DNA of 64,000 nt from an uncultured Actinomycetes bacterium (GTDB lineage Bacteria > Actinomycetota > Thermoleophilia > Solirubrobacterales > Solirubrobacteraceae): NCBI GenBank assembly GCA_963826615.1, contig CAWGXO010000002.1:2506649-2570648 (forward strand). Reading direction: 5' to 3'. The notes beneath the pieces are model-generated. The model was not told where the DNA came from. It did no database searches and saw nothing but the letters and a program-made list of their open reading frames with translations. The translations under genes and the position numbers were made by a program. Below are positions 13,206 through 23,407 of the stretch, piece by piece (within the stretch, counting starts at the first letter, position 1; each line of letters begins with the position of its first letter).

Positions 13206-14339
13206 CTAGCGGGTGAAGATGACCGTGTAGGTCTGCGTGTTGTTGTCCGTGGTCTTCTCGCCGGGCACGGCCCCGATGGTGACCTGGACGCGCACCGGCG
13301 TGCCGATCGGCGGCGCGGTGCCCAGCGGGACCGTCGCCTGGGCGGGCTGGCCCGCCTTGGTCTGGTCGACGCGCTTCTGGACGGTGATCGGCTTGCCGGA
13401 GCCACGGATCGCGACCTTGACCGGGACGTCGAACTCGTCGTTCTCGCCCTGGTTGGCGAACTTCACCGTGAACGCGGTGCTCGAGCCGGCCGGCACCCGC
13501 GTCACCGCCGGCGACGGCTGGAGCGCGGTGCCCCCGACGCTGACGCCGGTCAGGCCGTGGCCGTGCGTCCCCGGCGCGGGCGGTCCGCCGGGCGTGCGGC
13601 CGCCGCCCTTGCCGGTCAGCTGCTGGCGCACGTAGCCGGCGTCGAGCCAGGAGACGTCGGGCAGCGTCCTGCTCGACGCGATCGTCTGGCCGCCGATGCT
13701 GTGGCCGGAGAGCGCCTGCTCGATGAAGGGGATCACCCGCTGGGAGTAGACGACGTCCGAGGCCAGCAGTGCGCTCATCTGCCCGGCGATGCGGCTCGCG
13801 GCCTGCTCGGCGTTGTTCCCCTGGAGGTCCGGGAGGCGGTCGGCGATGTCGCGGATCGCGCCCTGGCGCAGCGTGAGCACCTCGAGCAGATGCCACTGGG
13901 CGTCCTTCATGTCACCGGGGACGGACAGCGCCCGCGCCCGCCGGACGTCCTCCTCGGCGGTGACGCGCACCTGGTTGACGTTCTGCTGGAGGTCGATCGG
14001 CGACGCCGTCTGGGCGCCGGCCAGCAGCTCGAACAGCCGCCGCGCGACCTGGTCGTTGGAGTCCTGGACGATCGCCGCGACGTTGCGGTTGTACTCCTTG
14101 AGCGCGTTGTTGGTGCGCGAGTTGACGCAGCCCCGGACGCCGAACACGAGCAGGATGAGGATCAGCGCGCCGGCCCCGAGCGCCACCGCTCGGCGAATCA
14201 TCACCTGCTGGGGGTCCATGGCACCGCCCCGCGTCCGCGCACGGGTCCCGGTCGTCGCCGTCCGCCCCCCGGATCCGGCCGGTCGGCGTGGGCGTGCCGC
14301 GCGGGTGGGCGGCTCGTCGTCGTCGTCGAAGAAGGACAC
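13206..14339 (-). CDS. Membrane-anchored protein with a C-terminal CARDB-like domain
   Basis: VSFFDDDDEPP... followed by a TM helix (AVALGAGALILILLVFGV). The C-terminus reads TAFTVKFANQGENDEFDVPVKVAI...GEKTTDNNTQTYTVIF. GTG at 14339 has a GGAGAG ribosome-binding site. Confidence 0.6.
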   Translation of the reverse strand: MSFFDDDDEPPTRAARPRRPAGSGGRTATTGTRARTRGGAMDPQQVMIRRAVALGAGALILILLVFGVRGCVNSRTNNALKEYNRNVAAIVQDSNDQVARRLFELLAGAQTASPIDLQQNVNQVRVTAEEDVRRARALSVPGDMKDAQWHLLEVLTLRQGAIRDIADRLPDLQGNNAEQAASRIAGQMSALLASDVVYSQRVIPFIEQALSGHSIGGQTIASSRTLPDVSWLDAGYVRQQLTGKGGGRTPGGPPAPGTHGHGLTGVSVGGTALQPSPAVTRVPAGSSTAFTVKFANQGENDEFDVPVKVAIRGSGKPITVQKRVDQTKAGQPAQATVPLGTAPPIGTPVRVQVTIGAVPGEKTTDNNTQTYTVIFTR

Positions 14340-14350
14340 GGGAAAGGTTG

Positions 14351-14366
14351 CTCTCCTGCAGGAGAG
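14351..14366. promoter_or_regulatory. Perfect 16-bp palindrome overlapping the RBS of the 13206-14339 gene
   Basis: CTCTCCTGCAGGAGAG, in the 150-bp divergent intergenic region. Confidence 0.35.
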
Positions 14367-14489
14367 GTGGGCCCAAGTATGACCCCGGAACCGCTTCTGC
14401 GCCGGTTCGTGCAAGTTCGGCTTCATCTGCGCTGAACCTTCCTGGCGGGGAAGGACGCCGTCCGCGCGCGGCGAACTGCCCGAAGCGAG

Positions 14490-16221
14490 GTGGAGACCGC
14501 CCAGCATCAGGCCGCGCCCGCCGGCACCGTGGTGCTCGAGCGCTACGAGCTGGTCGAGCGGCTCGGCGCCGGGGGCTTCGGCACGGTCTGGCTCGCCCGC
14601 GACCGGCGCCTGGAGCGAGCCGTCGCGGTCAAGCGCATCCCGTTCGCCGCGCACGCGCCGAGCGCGGCGGCCCGCGCGCGAGCGCGAGGCGCTGACCGCC
14701 GCACGGCTGTCGCACCCGGGGATCGTCGCGCTCTACGAGTCTGGCAGCGACGCCGAGGCGGTCTACCTGGTCTCGGAGCTGGTCCGCGGGGCGACGCTCG
14801 GCGACCTGCTCGACGAGGGGGCGCTTTCGGACCGCGACGTCGTGCTGATCGGGATCGCGCTCTGCGACGCGCTCGGCCACGCGCACGAACGCGGCGTCGT
14901 GCACCGCGACGTCAAGCCGGGCAACGTGCTGGTGCCCGACGCCGTCGCCGACGGAGTCGTGGCCAAGCTGTGCGACTTCGGCATCGCGCGCGTCGCCGGC
15001 GACGACGCGCTCACCGCGACCGGCGACGTGGTGGGCACGCTCGCGTACATGGCGCCGGAGCAGGCGGAGGGCCGCGGCTCGACGCCGGCGTCCGACCTCT
15101 ACGCGCTGGGGCTGGTGGTGTACGAGGCGCTGGCCGGCGTCAACCCGGTGCGGCAGGCCAACGCCGCCGCCACGGCGCGGTGCGTGGGGATGCGCCTGCC
15201 GGCGCTGCGGCGGCTGCGCCCCGACCTCCCGCCGGTGCTCTGCGCCGCGCTCGACACCGCGGTGCGACCCGATCCCGCAACTCGGGGATCCACCGCGGCG
15301 CTGCGCTCCGCGCTGGCGTCGGCCGCGGCTCGCGTCGACGACGAGCCGGGGACCGTGGACGCGCCGGCGTGGGCCGGCGCGCCGGAGCCGACCGAGTCGT
15401 GGGAAGCGCCGCCGCGCCGCCGGGCGAGGCCCGAGCCCATGCACGACGCCGCCGTGCCCGAGCGAGCCCCCGTCCGGGTGGCGATCCCGGGTCGCGCCGC
15501 CAGCGCGGCGCTCACCGCAGGGCTCGTCCTGGGCGTCCTGACGCTCGGCGGCGGCGCAGCCCAGGTGGAGCCGCCGGTCGCCGCCGCGGTCGCCGCCGCC
15601 GCCGTGGCCCTGCTGCCGCGCGTGGGCTGGGCCGCGGTCGCCGGCACCGCGATCGGCTGGCTGGCGGCCCGCGACGCGCCCGCCGCGCTGCTCGTCGGCG
15701 TCGGCGTAGCGCCCGCCCCGCTGCTGCTCCCCCGCCGCCCGGCGTGGTGGTCGGCGCCGGTGGCTGCGGTCGGCCTCGGACTCCTCGCCGCGGCGCCCGC
15801 GTGGCCCGCCCTGGCCGGCCAGGCGCGGGGGGTGCTCTCCCGGGTGGCGCTCGGCGCGCTCGGCTGGTGGTGGCTGGCGCTCGCGGAGGTCCTCGGGCCG
15901 CGCAGGCTGCTCGCGGGCCCGGCCGGCGACGCGCACGACCTCGCCGCGGCCCGCAGCGCGCTCGCCGAGCTTGCGCGACCCGGTGTCCTCGGCATCGCCG
16001 CGGTGTGGGCCGCCTCCGCCCTGGCGCTCCCGCTGCTGGTGCGCGGGCGGCACGCGGGGCTGGACCTGCTGACGGCCTGCGCGTGGGCCGCGGCCGTGGC
16101 GGCGGGCACGCGCGCGGTCGCCGTGGGCGCCGGCATGGGGGAGCCCCGTGGCCTGCTCGCGGGTGCGGCGGTGGGAGCGCTGGCGGCCGTGCTCGCCCGT
16201 GCCGGGCGGTCCCGCGCCTAG
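14490..16221 (+). pseudogene. Ser/Thr protein kinase fused to a polytopic membrane C-terminal region, with one extra base near 14679
   Basis: Frame 0 reads ERYELVERLGAGGFGTVWLARDRRLERAVAVKRI. Frame 1 from ~14680 reads EREALTAARLSHPGIVALYESG...HRDVKPGNVLV...LCDFGIA...GTLAYMAPEQ, followed by a ~300-aa A/L/W-rich multi-helix region. Length is 3n+1. Confidence 0.8.
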
Positions 16222-16286
16222 GATGGACGCGGCCGGGACTCCGTAGCATCGCCGCTCGCTGCCCGGGTCGAAGCGTCTCCAACCTC

Positions 16287-17048
16287 ATGTCGGTCCTCAG
16301 GAACCTCGAAGAGAAGATCGCCGGCCTCGTCGAGGGCACGTTCGGCCGCGTGTTTCGCAGCGAGGTGCGCCCCGTCGAGCTCGCCCGGCGCCTGGCCAAG
16401 GAGATGGACGAGCACCGGACGGTCTCGGTCTCGCGGACCTATGTCCCCAACGAGTACGTCGTCTGGCTCTCGCCGGCCGACCGCGAGCGCTACGAGGGCG
16501 TCGAGCACGAGGTCATCGACGAGCTCGCCGGCTACCTGCTCGAGCACGCCCGTCGCGAGCGACTGGCGTTGATCTCGCGCCCCGTCATCGAGTTCCAGAC
16601 CGACGAGCGGCTCGAGCTCGGAGCGTTCGGGATCCAGACCCGCACCGTGCGCGACGCCGGGGGCGGCCGGGCCGAGCAGGCCGACCACGGGCACACGATG
16701 GTCTACTCGACCGCCGAGCGCCTCCAGCAGCCGCTGGCCGAGGAGCGCGCGGCCCGCGCGGCCCGCGCGGTGCTCGTCGCCGAGGGCAAGCGCCACGCGA
16801 TCGCGCCCGGCGGCGCGACGATCGGCCGCAGCCACGAGTGCGACGTCGTGCTGGCCGACTCCAACGTCTCGCGCCGCCACGCCGAGCTGCGCCCCGGCGC
16901 GCGCGGCACCTGGACCATCTCCGACGTGGGATCGACCAACGGAGTCAAGGTCAACGGCCGCCGGGTCGACCCCCGCCGGCCGCAGCCCGTCGCCTCCGGC
17001 GACCACGTCGTGCTCGGAACCGTCGACACCCGTTTCGAGGTGGACTGA
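16287..17048 (+). CDS. fhaA: FhaA-like protein (DUF3662 N-terminus plus FHA domain)
   Basis: MSVLRNLEEKIAGLVEGTFGRVFRSEVRPVELARRLAKEMD...TIGRSHECDVVLADSNVSRRHAEL...ISDVGSTNGVKVNG. Confidence 0.85.
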   Translation: MSVLRNLEEKIAGLVEGTFGRVFRSEVRPVELARRLAKEMDEHRTVSVSRTYVPNEYVVWLSPADRERYEGVEHEVIDELAGYLLEHARRERLALISRPVIEFQTDERLELGAFGIQTRTVRDAGGGRAEQADHGHTMVYSTAERLQQPLAEERAARAARAVLVAEGKRHAIAPGGATIGRSHECDVVLADSNVSRRHAELRPGARGTWTISDVGSTNGVKVNGRRVDPRRPQPVASGDHVVLGTVDTRFEVD

Positions 17049-17051
17049 GCC

Positions 17052-17525
17052 GTGGTCGAGCCCGCCTCGGTCGCGCTGAAGTTCGGGTTCCTGGCGGTGC
17101 TCTACCTCTTCCTGCTGTGGGTGTCGCGCAGTGCGCTCAAGGACCTCCGGCGCGCTCCGGGCCGCGCCGACGCGCTCGCCCCGCCCTCCAACGAGGCGAC
17201 CGGCCTGCACGGCGCGACGGCGCCGGTCGCCGGCGACCCGCGGCTGGTCGTCGCCCGCGCTCCCGGGCACACCCCGGGAATGGAGTACGACCTCGGAGAG
17301 GGCGCCGTGCTCGGCCGCGGCGACCAGGCGGAGATCCGCCTCGAGGACCCGTTCGCGTCCTCGAGCCACGCCCGCGTGGTCCGCCAGGGGAGCGTGATGG
17401 TGCTGGAGGACCTGGGCTCCACCAACGGCACGTACCTCAACGAGGAGCTGCTGGCCGGTCCGGCGCCGCTGCATCCCGGCGACCGCGTGCGGATCGGCGA
17501 CAGCGAGTTCACCTACGCGAGCTGA
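17052..17525 (+). CDS. fhaB: FHA-domain membrane protein (FhaB/FipA-like)
   Basis: An N-terminal TM helix, then LGRGDQAEIRLEDPFASSSHARV...LEDLGSTNGTYLN. Confidence 0.85.
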   Translation: MVEPASVALKFGFLAVLYLFLLWVSRSALKDLRRAPGRADALAPPSNEATGLHGATAPVAGDPRLVVARAPGHTPGMEYDLGEGAVLGRGDQAEIRLEDPFASSSHARVVRQGSVMVLEDLGSTNGTYLNEELLAGPAPLHPGDRVRIGDSEFTYAS

Positions 17526-18712
17526 TGTTGCGGGTCGCCGAGCACAGCGAGCGCACCGACACCGGCCGCCAGCGCCGGGTCAACGAGGACAGCTACCACG
17601 CGCGCTCGCCGCTGTTCGCGGTCGCCGACGGGATGGGCGGCGCGCAGGCGGGCGAGGTCGCGTCGGGGACGGCGATCGAGGTCGTCGCCCAAGGCCTGCC
17701 CGATGCCCCGGGCAGCGTCGAGGAGCGGCTCGCCGGCCTCGTGGCAGAGGCCAACGTGCGCGTCCACGAGCTGTCGGTTTCCACCCGCGAGCTGTCCGGC
17801 ATGGGGACGACCGTCACCGCCGCCTACGTGGGCGAGACGGAGGTGGCGCTCGCCCACGTGGGCGACAGCCGCGCCTACCTGCTGCGCGACGGCGGGCTCC
17901 AGCGCCTGACGCACGACCACTCGCTCGTCGAGGAGTTCGTCCGGCAGGGCAAGCTGACGCCGGAGGAGGCGGACGACCACCCGCAGCGCTCGATCATCAC
18001 GCGGGCGCTCGGCCCCGAGGCCGAGGTCGAGGTCGATCGGCTGAGCGTCCGCGGCCGCGACGGCGACGTGTTCCTCATCTGCAGCGACGGGCTGAACTCG
18101 ATGGTGCCCGAGGCGCAGATCGCCCGCGTGCTCCGGGAGGCCGGCGACCTCGAGCGCGCCGGACGCGCGCTCGTCGAGGCGGCCAACGCCGCAGGCGGCC
18201 GCGACAACATCACCGTCGTGCTGTTCCGCGTCGAGGACGTGGGCGCCGACGCCGCGGGGGTGACGAGCTCGCATCCGGCGGTCGCGGCGGAGCCCGCCCC
18301 CCCGCCGCCTCCCCCCGCCGCGGCCGCCCCGGCGCCGCCGGCCGGCCCGCGGCGGCCCGAGGCGGCCCCCGCGGCGCCGCGGGGGCGGGGCGGACGCCGC
18401 AGGCGCTGGATGGCGCCGCTCGCGGTCGCGCTGATCCTGCTCGTGCCGCTCGCGGGCGGCGGGTACCTCGCGTCCCAGGCGGTGTTCTTCCTCGGCGTGA
18501 ACGACGACGGGGCGGTGGCGGTCTTCCGCGGAGTGCCCTACCAGCTGCCGCTCGGCATCGACCTGTACCGGACCGAGTACGTGACCGGCCTGACGCCCGA
18601 CCAGCTGCCCCCGGCCCGGCGCTCGGCGCTGCTCGACCACCGCCTGCGCTCGCACGACGACGCCGTCGACCTCGCGCGCCAGCTCGAGCTCGGGCAGCTG
18701 AACGCCCGATGA
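17525..18712 (+). CDS. pstP: PP2C-family Ser/Thr phosphatase with a C-terminal membrane anchor
   Basis: TDTGRQRRVNEDSY...FAVADGMGGAQAGEVAS...GMGTTVTA...ICSDGL...GGRDNITVVL. The ATG overlaps the fhaB TGA. Confidence 0.88.
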   Translation: MLRVAEHSERTDTGRQRRVNEDSYHARSPLFAVADGMGGAQAGEVASGTAIEVVAQGLPDAPGSVEERLAGLVAEANVRVHELSVSTRELSGMGTTVTAAYVGETEVALAHVGDSRAYLLRDGGLQRLTHDHSLVEEFVRQGKLTPEEADDHPQRSIITRALGPEAEVEVDRLSVRGRDGDVFLICSDGLNSMVPEAQIARVLREAGDLERAGRALVEAANAAGGRDNITVVLFRVEDVGADAAGVTSSHPAVAAEPAPPPPPPAAAAPAPPAGPRRPEAAPAAPRGRGGRRRRWMAPLAVALILLVPLAGGGYLASQAVFFLGVNDDGAVAVFRGVPYQLPLGIDLYRTEYVTGLTPDQLPPARRSALLDHRLRSHDDAVDLARQLELGQLNAR

Positions 18713-20016
18713 GCGCGCGCAATCGCGAGCTGCTGGCTCTGATCCCCGCATCGCTGCTGGTGACGGCGGGGTTCGCCGCCGTGTACGTCCAGCGCAACGA
18801 CGTCCTGAGCAACCTCTCGCTGACCTACGGGGCGCTCTTCCTCGCACTGTGCCTGATCGCCCACCTGATCCTCCGCTTCACGCTGCCCGACGCCGACCCC
18901 TACCTCTTCCCGCTGGTCGCGGTGCTCGCCTGCTTCGGGCTGGTGATGGTCTATCGCCTCGACGAGACGCTGGCGCGCGAGCAGGCACAGTGGTTCGTCA
19001 TCGGGCTCGTCGCGTTCGCCGTGACGATCATCGCTCTGCGCGACTACATGGTGCTCGAGCGCTACCGCTACGTGATCGCGCTCGGCGGACTCGTGCTGCT
19101 GATCCTGCCCCGCGTGCCGGGCTTCGGTGCCGAGACCAACGGCGCCTACCTCTCGATCAAGGCCGGGCCGATCACGTTCCAGCCGGCGGAGCTGGCGAAG
19201 ATCGCGCTCGTCGTCTTCCTGGCGAGCTACCTGCGCGACACCCGCCAGATGCTGGTCCTCGGCGGCCGGCGCGTGCTCGGCTTCGCGGTCCCGCCGCTCA
19301 AGCACCTCGGCCCGCTGCTGGTGGTGTGGGGGGCGGCGATGCTGATGCTCGTCGTCATCCGCGACCTCGGCTCGTCGCTGATGTTCTTCGGGGGCTTCCT
19401 CGCACTGCTGTACGTCGCGACGAACCGGCTCTCGTTCCCGGTCTCCGGGCTGGGCCTGTTCGGGCTCGGCGCCTGGTTCTTCTCCACGCACGTCGGGCAC
19501 GTCCACGACCGCGTCGAGGCGTGGCTGCACCCGTTCGAGCGCCACCTCTACGACGCGCCCGGCGGCAGCTACCAGATCGCCCAGTCGCTGTTCGCGCAGG
19601 CCGACGGCGGGCTGTTCGGCCAGGGCTTCGGCCAGGCGATCATCGACCTGCCCGGCGGCGGGCAGCTCCTGCCCGCCGCCCACACCGACCTCATCTACGC
19701 GGTCATCACCGACGAGCTGGGGCTTGCCGGGGCCGCCGGGCTGCTGTGCATCTACCTGCTCTTCGTCGAGCGCGGCTTCAAGGCCGCCTCGCTCGCCCGC
19801 GACTCGTTCTCCAAGCTGCTGGCCACGGGCCTGACCGCGGTCTTCGCGCTCCAGGTGTTCGTCATCGTGGGCGGCGTGACCCGGGTCATCCCGCTCACCG
19901 GCGTGACGCTGCCGTTCGTCTCCTACGGGGGCTCGTCGATCGTCGCGAACTTCGTCCTGCTGGCGCTGCTGCTCCTCGTCTCCGACCGCGCCCGGCGAGA
20001 GGCGGCGCGGTCGTGA
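18709..20016 (+). CDS. rodA: FtsW/RodA/SpoVE-family peptidoglycan polymerase
   Basis: A polytopic membrane protein: ...QPAELAKIALVVFLASYL...TDLIYAVITDELGLAG...IPLTGVTLPFVSYGGSS. It has an ATGA overlap with pstP. Confidence 0.88.
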   Translation: MSARNRELLALIPASLLVTAGFAAVYVQRNDVLSNLSLTYGALFLALCLIAHLILRFTLPDADPYLFPLVAVLACFGLVMVYRLDETLAREQAQWFVIGLVAFAVTIIALRDYMVLERYRYVIALGGLVLLILPRVPGFGAETNGAYLSIKAGPITFQPAELAKIALVVFLASYLRDTRQMLVLGGRRVLGFAVPPLKHLGPLLVVWGAAMLMLVVIRDLGSSLMFFGGFLALLYVATNRLSFPVSGLGLFGLGAWFFSTHVGHVHDRVEAWLHPFERHLYDAPGGSYQIAQSLFAQADGGLFGQGFGQAIIDLPGGGQLLPAAHTDLIYAVITDELGLAGAAGLLCIYLLFVERGFKAASLARDSFSKLLATGLTAVFALQVFVIVGGVTRVIPLTGVTLPFVSYGGSSIVANFVLLALLLLVSDRARREAARS

Positions 20017-21446
20017 ACGCCCCGATCTCGCGCCTCTTCGTGCTCGTGGTGGTGCTGTTCGCGGCGCTGATCGGCTTCACGTCGCGCTGGACGGTCTTCC
20101 AGGCCTCCGACCTGCGGGCCAACAGCCTCAACAAGCGCGACGTCCTGACCGAGCAGCGCGTGCGCCGCGGGCGGATCCTGGCATCGGATCGGACGGTGCT
20201 CGCCCGCAGCGTGCCCGCAGCGCACGACACCTTCCGCCGCACCTACCCGGACCCCGCGTCCGCGTTCGCGCAGACGGTGGGCTACTCGTTCCCCAATCCG
20301 GGGCGGACGGGCCTGGAGCAGAGCTACAACGAGTTCCTGGGCGGCACCCACAACGAGCTGAAGTCGATCCTCGACGACCTTCGCGGCCGGCGCCGCGAGG
20401 GCGACGACCTGCTCACCACCCTGGACCCGGCGGCGCAGAAGGCCGCGCTCGCCGGGCTTGCGGGGCGCGCCGGCGCGGTCGTGGCGATCGAGCCGGACAG
20501 CGGGGCGATCCGGGTCATGGCGTCGACCCCCACCTACGACCCGGGCGCTGCGTCGTCGCAGAAGCGGTTCAGCGCTCTCAACCACGCCGCCGGCTCGCCG
20601 CTGATCAACCGGGCGACGCAGGCGCGCTACCCGCCGGGCTCGACGTTCAAGGTCGTGACCGCGATCGCCGCGATCGACTCGGGCCGCTACACGCCCCAGT
20701 CGCAGGTCAGCGGCAAGAACGGCATCAAGATCTCGGGCGTCCCGCTCAACAACGATGCCAACGAGTCGTTCGGGATGATCGACCTGACGACCGCGCTGAC
20801 CAAGTCGGTCAACACGGTGTGGGCGCAGGTCGCCGAGGACCTCGGCAAGCCGACGATGAAGAAGTACATGGAGCGGCTCGGCTTCGACCAGCGCGCCCCC
20901 GTCGACCTGCCGGAGTCCCAGCGCGTGCGCAGCGGAGTCATCGGGCCCGGCGGCGTGCGGTCGCCGACCTCGCGGCTCGTGGACATCGGCCGCGTCGGCA
21001 TCGGCCAGGAGAAGCTGCTGGTGACACCGCTGCAGATGGCGATGGTCGCCGCCGCGGTGGCAAACCACGGGACGCTGATGCGCCCGCACATCGGCGACCG
21101 CGTGATCGACGCCGACGGCCGCACCGTCGAGCGGGTCGCGCCCAAGCGCTTGAGCCAGGTCATGTCCGAGCAGACGGCGGCGCAGGTCGGCCAGATGATG
21201 CAGCAGGTCGTCAAGGAGGGCACCGGCACCGCTGCGGCGCTCCAGGGCATCGACGTCGCCGGCAAGACCGGTACCGCCGAGCTCAACCCGCAACAGCGCA
21301 TCAACCAACCGTGGTTCATCGCGTTCGCGCCTGCCGGCCACCCGAAGGTCGCGGTCGCCGTCACCGTCGAGCGCGTGGTCGGCGGGTTCGGCGGCGTGGT
21401 CGCCGCTCCGATCGCGAAGTCCGTCATCCAGGAGCTGCTGAAGTGA
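20013..21446 (+). CDS. pbpA: Class B penicillin-binding protein (transpeptidase)
   Basis: PPGSTFKVVTA (SxxK), SVN (SxN) and KTGTA (KTG) motifs. It has a GTGA overlap with rodA. Confidence 0.88.
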   Translation: MNAPISRLFVLVVVLFAALIGFTSRWTVFQASDLRANSLNKRDVLTEQRVRRGRILASDRTVLARSVPAAHDTFRRTYPDPASAFAQTVGYSFPNPGRTGLEQSYNEFLGGTHNELKSILDDLRGRRREGDDLLTTLDPAAQKAALAGLAGRAGAVVAIEPDSGAIRVMASTPTYDPGAASSQKRFSALNHAAGSPLINRATQARYPPGSTFKVVTAIAAIDSGRYTPQSQVSGKNGIKISGVPLNNDANESFGMIDLTTALTKSVNTVWAQVAEDLGKPTMKKYMERLGFDQRAPVDLPESQRVRSGVIGPGGVRSPTSRLVDIGRVGIGQEKLLVTPLQMAMVAAAVANHGTLMRPHIGDRVIDADGRTVERVAPKRLSQVMSEQTAAQVGQMMQQVVKEGTGTAAALQGIDVAGKTGTAELNPQQRINQPWFIAFAPAGHPKVAVAVTVERVVGGFGGVVAAPIAKSVIQELLK

Positions 21447-23407
21447 GAGAGCTGAGCCCAGGCACCGTCGTCGACGGGCGCTACCGGATCGTCGCCCGCC
21501 TCGGCTCCGGCGGGATGGCGGACGTCTACTGCGCCGAGGACGCCCAGCTCGGCCGGCAGGTGGCGCTGAAGATCCTCTACGGCCGCTTTGCCGAGGACGA
21601 CGAGTTCGTCGAGCGCTTCCGGCGCGAGGCGTCGCACGCGGCCGGCCTCCAGCACCAGCACATCGTCTCGGTCTACGACCGCGGCGAGTGGGAGGGCACG
21701 TCGTACATCGCGATGGAGTACGTCGACGGGCGCACGCTCAAGCAGGTCATCCAGGCGGAGGCGCCGCTCGAGCCGCTGCAGGCGATCGACCTCGCCGTCC
21801 AGGTGCTGCGGGCCGCGCGGTTCGCCCACCGCCGCGGGGTCATCCACCGCGACCTCAAGCCGCACAACGTCATCGTCGACGACGAGGGCCGGGCGAAGGT
21901 CACGGACTTCGGCATCGCTCGCGCGGGCGCGTCGGACATGACCGAGACGGGGTCGATCATGGGCACCGCGCAGTACCTGTCCCCCGAGCAGGCCCAGGGG
22001 CACGCCGTCACGCCGCGCTCGGACCTCTACTCCGTCGGCATCTGCCTCTACGAGATGCTCACCGGGCGCGTGCCGTTCGAGGCCGAGAGCGCGGTGACGA
22101 TCGCGCTCAAGCAGGTCAACGAGGCGCCCGTGCCGCCCAGCCACTACAACACGGCGATCCCTGCGGCGCTGGAGGACGCGGTGCTGCGCGCGCTGGCCAA
22201 GGACCCCGAGGAGCGCTTCGCCGACGCCGACGCGTTCATCGACGCGCTCGAGGAGGCCCGGCGGCTGATCCTCGCCGGCGACGCCCCGCCCGCGCAGCCG
22301 ACCGCGGCCTTCGCCGCGGCGGCGGTCGCGCCCTCGCCGGCGGGGCAGCCCCACGCCGTCCCGGCCGCGACCGCCGTGGCGCCCGAGGGGGCGCTGCTGG
22401 AGGAGGAGGCGTTCCGCGAGAGCGCCCCGCCGGCCGGCCGCCGCTGGCCCTGGGGACTGGTGGCGGTGCTGCTCGTCACCGGGGCCGTGATCGCGGCTGC
22501 GCTGCTGCTCGGCGGCGGCGCCAAGGTCAAGGTGCCCAGCGTCGTCAAGACCCGCAGCTCGGCGGCGGCCGCCGTGCTGCACCGCGCCGGGCTCGAGGTC
22601 GAGATCGACAACGTCGTCTCGGAGGCGCCGCGCGGGATCGTGATCAGCCAGGACCCGCCGGCCGGCTCCCGCGTCAAGAAGGGCACGACCGTCGCGCTCT
22701 CGGTCTCCGAGGGCCCGGGAAGCGCGCAGGTGCCGGTCGTGGACGGCAAGGGGCGGCGCACGGCACGGCGGATCCTCACGCGCGCCGGGTTCAAGGTCTC
22801 CGAGCGCAAGGAGGCCAGCGACAGCGTCGCCACGGACCACGTCGTCCGCACCACACCGCCCGCGGGAAGCCAGCTCGACCTCGGCCGCACCGTGACGATG
22901 TACGTCTCCGCCGGGCCGAAGCAGGTCGACGTGCCCGACGTGGTCGGCAAGCAGGTCGACGACGCGGGGACGGTCCTGCGCGACGCCGGCTTCGACGTCA
23001 GCACGCAGGAGAAGGCGACCACCGGGAGCGACCCCGGGACCGTGCTGGCGCAGGACCCGGCGGCGGGCGGGCAGGCCGACATGGGGTCGACGATCAAGCT
23101 CACCGTCGCCAAGGCGCCCGAGGACGTGGCGATCCCCGACGTCGAGGGCGAGACCGCGTCCGACGCGATTCGCGCCCTCTCGGCGGCCGGCTTCGAGATC
23201 GACCAGCAGACCAAGGACGTCAACGGCCCCGAGGGCGACGGGGTCGTCATCACCCAGCGCCCCAAGGGCGGCGGCAAGGCCAAGCGCGGATCGCGGGTGA
23301 CGATCACCGTCGGTCGCTTCAACCCGGCCCCCAACCCCCAGGGCACGCAGACGACCCCGACCCCGGGTGCCGACACGGGCACCGGCCAGCCGCAGGCGAC
23401 GGGATGA
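21443..23407 (+). CDS. pknB: PASTA-domain Ser/Thr protein kinase
   Basis: GRYRIVARLGSGGMADVY...HRDLKPHNVIV...VTDFGIAR...GTAQYLSPEQ, then a TM helix and four PASTA-like repeats (VPSVV..., VPVVDG..., VPDVVG..., IPDVEG...). It has a GTGA overlap with pbpA. Confidence 0.9.
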   Translation: MRELSPGTVVDGRYRIVARLGSGGMADVYCAEDAQLGRQVALKILYGRFAEDDEFVERFRREASHAAGLQHQHIVSVYDRGEWEGTSYIAMEYVDGRTLKQVIQAEAPLEPLQAIDLAVQVLRAARFAHRRGVIHRDLKPHNVIVDDEGRAKVTDFGIARAGASDMTETGSIMGTAQYLSPEQAQGHAVTPRSDLYSVGICLYEMLTGRVPFEAESAVTIALKQVNEAPVPPSHYNTAIPAALEDAVLRALAKDPEERFADADAFIDALEEARRLILAGDAPPAQPTAAFAAAAVAPSPAGQPHAVPAATAVAPEGALLEEEAFRESAPPAGRRWPWGLVAVLLVTGAVIAAALLLGGGAKVKVPSVVKTRSSAAAAVLHRAGLEVEIDNVVSEAPRGIVISQDPPAGSRVKKGTTVALSVSEGPGSAQVPVVDGKGRRTARRILTRAGFKVSERKEASDSVATDHVVRTTPPAGSQLDLGRTVTMYVSAGPKQVDVPDVVGKQVDDAGTVLRDAGFDVSTQEKATTGSDPGTVLAQDPAAGGQADMGSTIKLTVAKAPEDVAIPDVEGETASDAIRALSAAGFEIDQQTKDVNGPEGDGVVITQRPKGGGKAKRGSRVTITVGRFNPAPNPQGTQTTPTPGADTGTGQPQATG

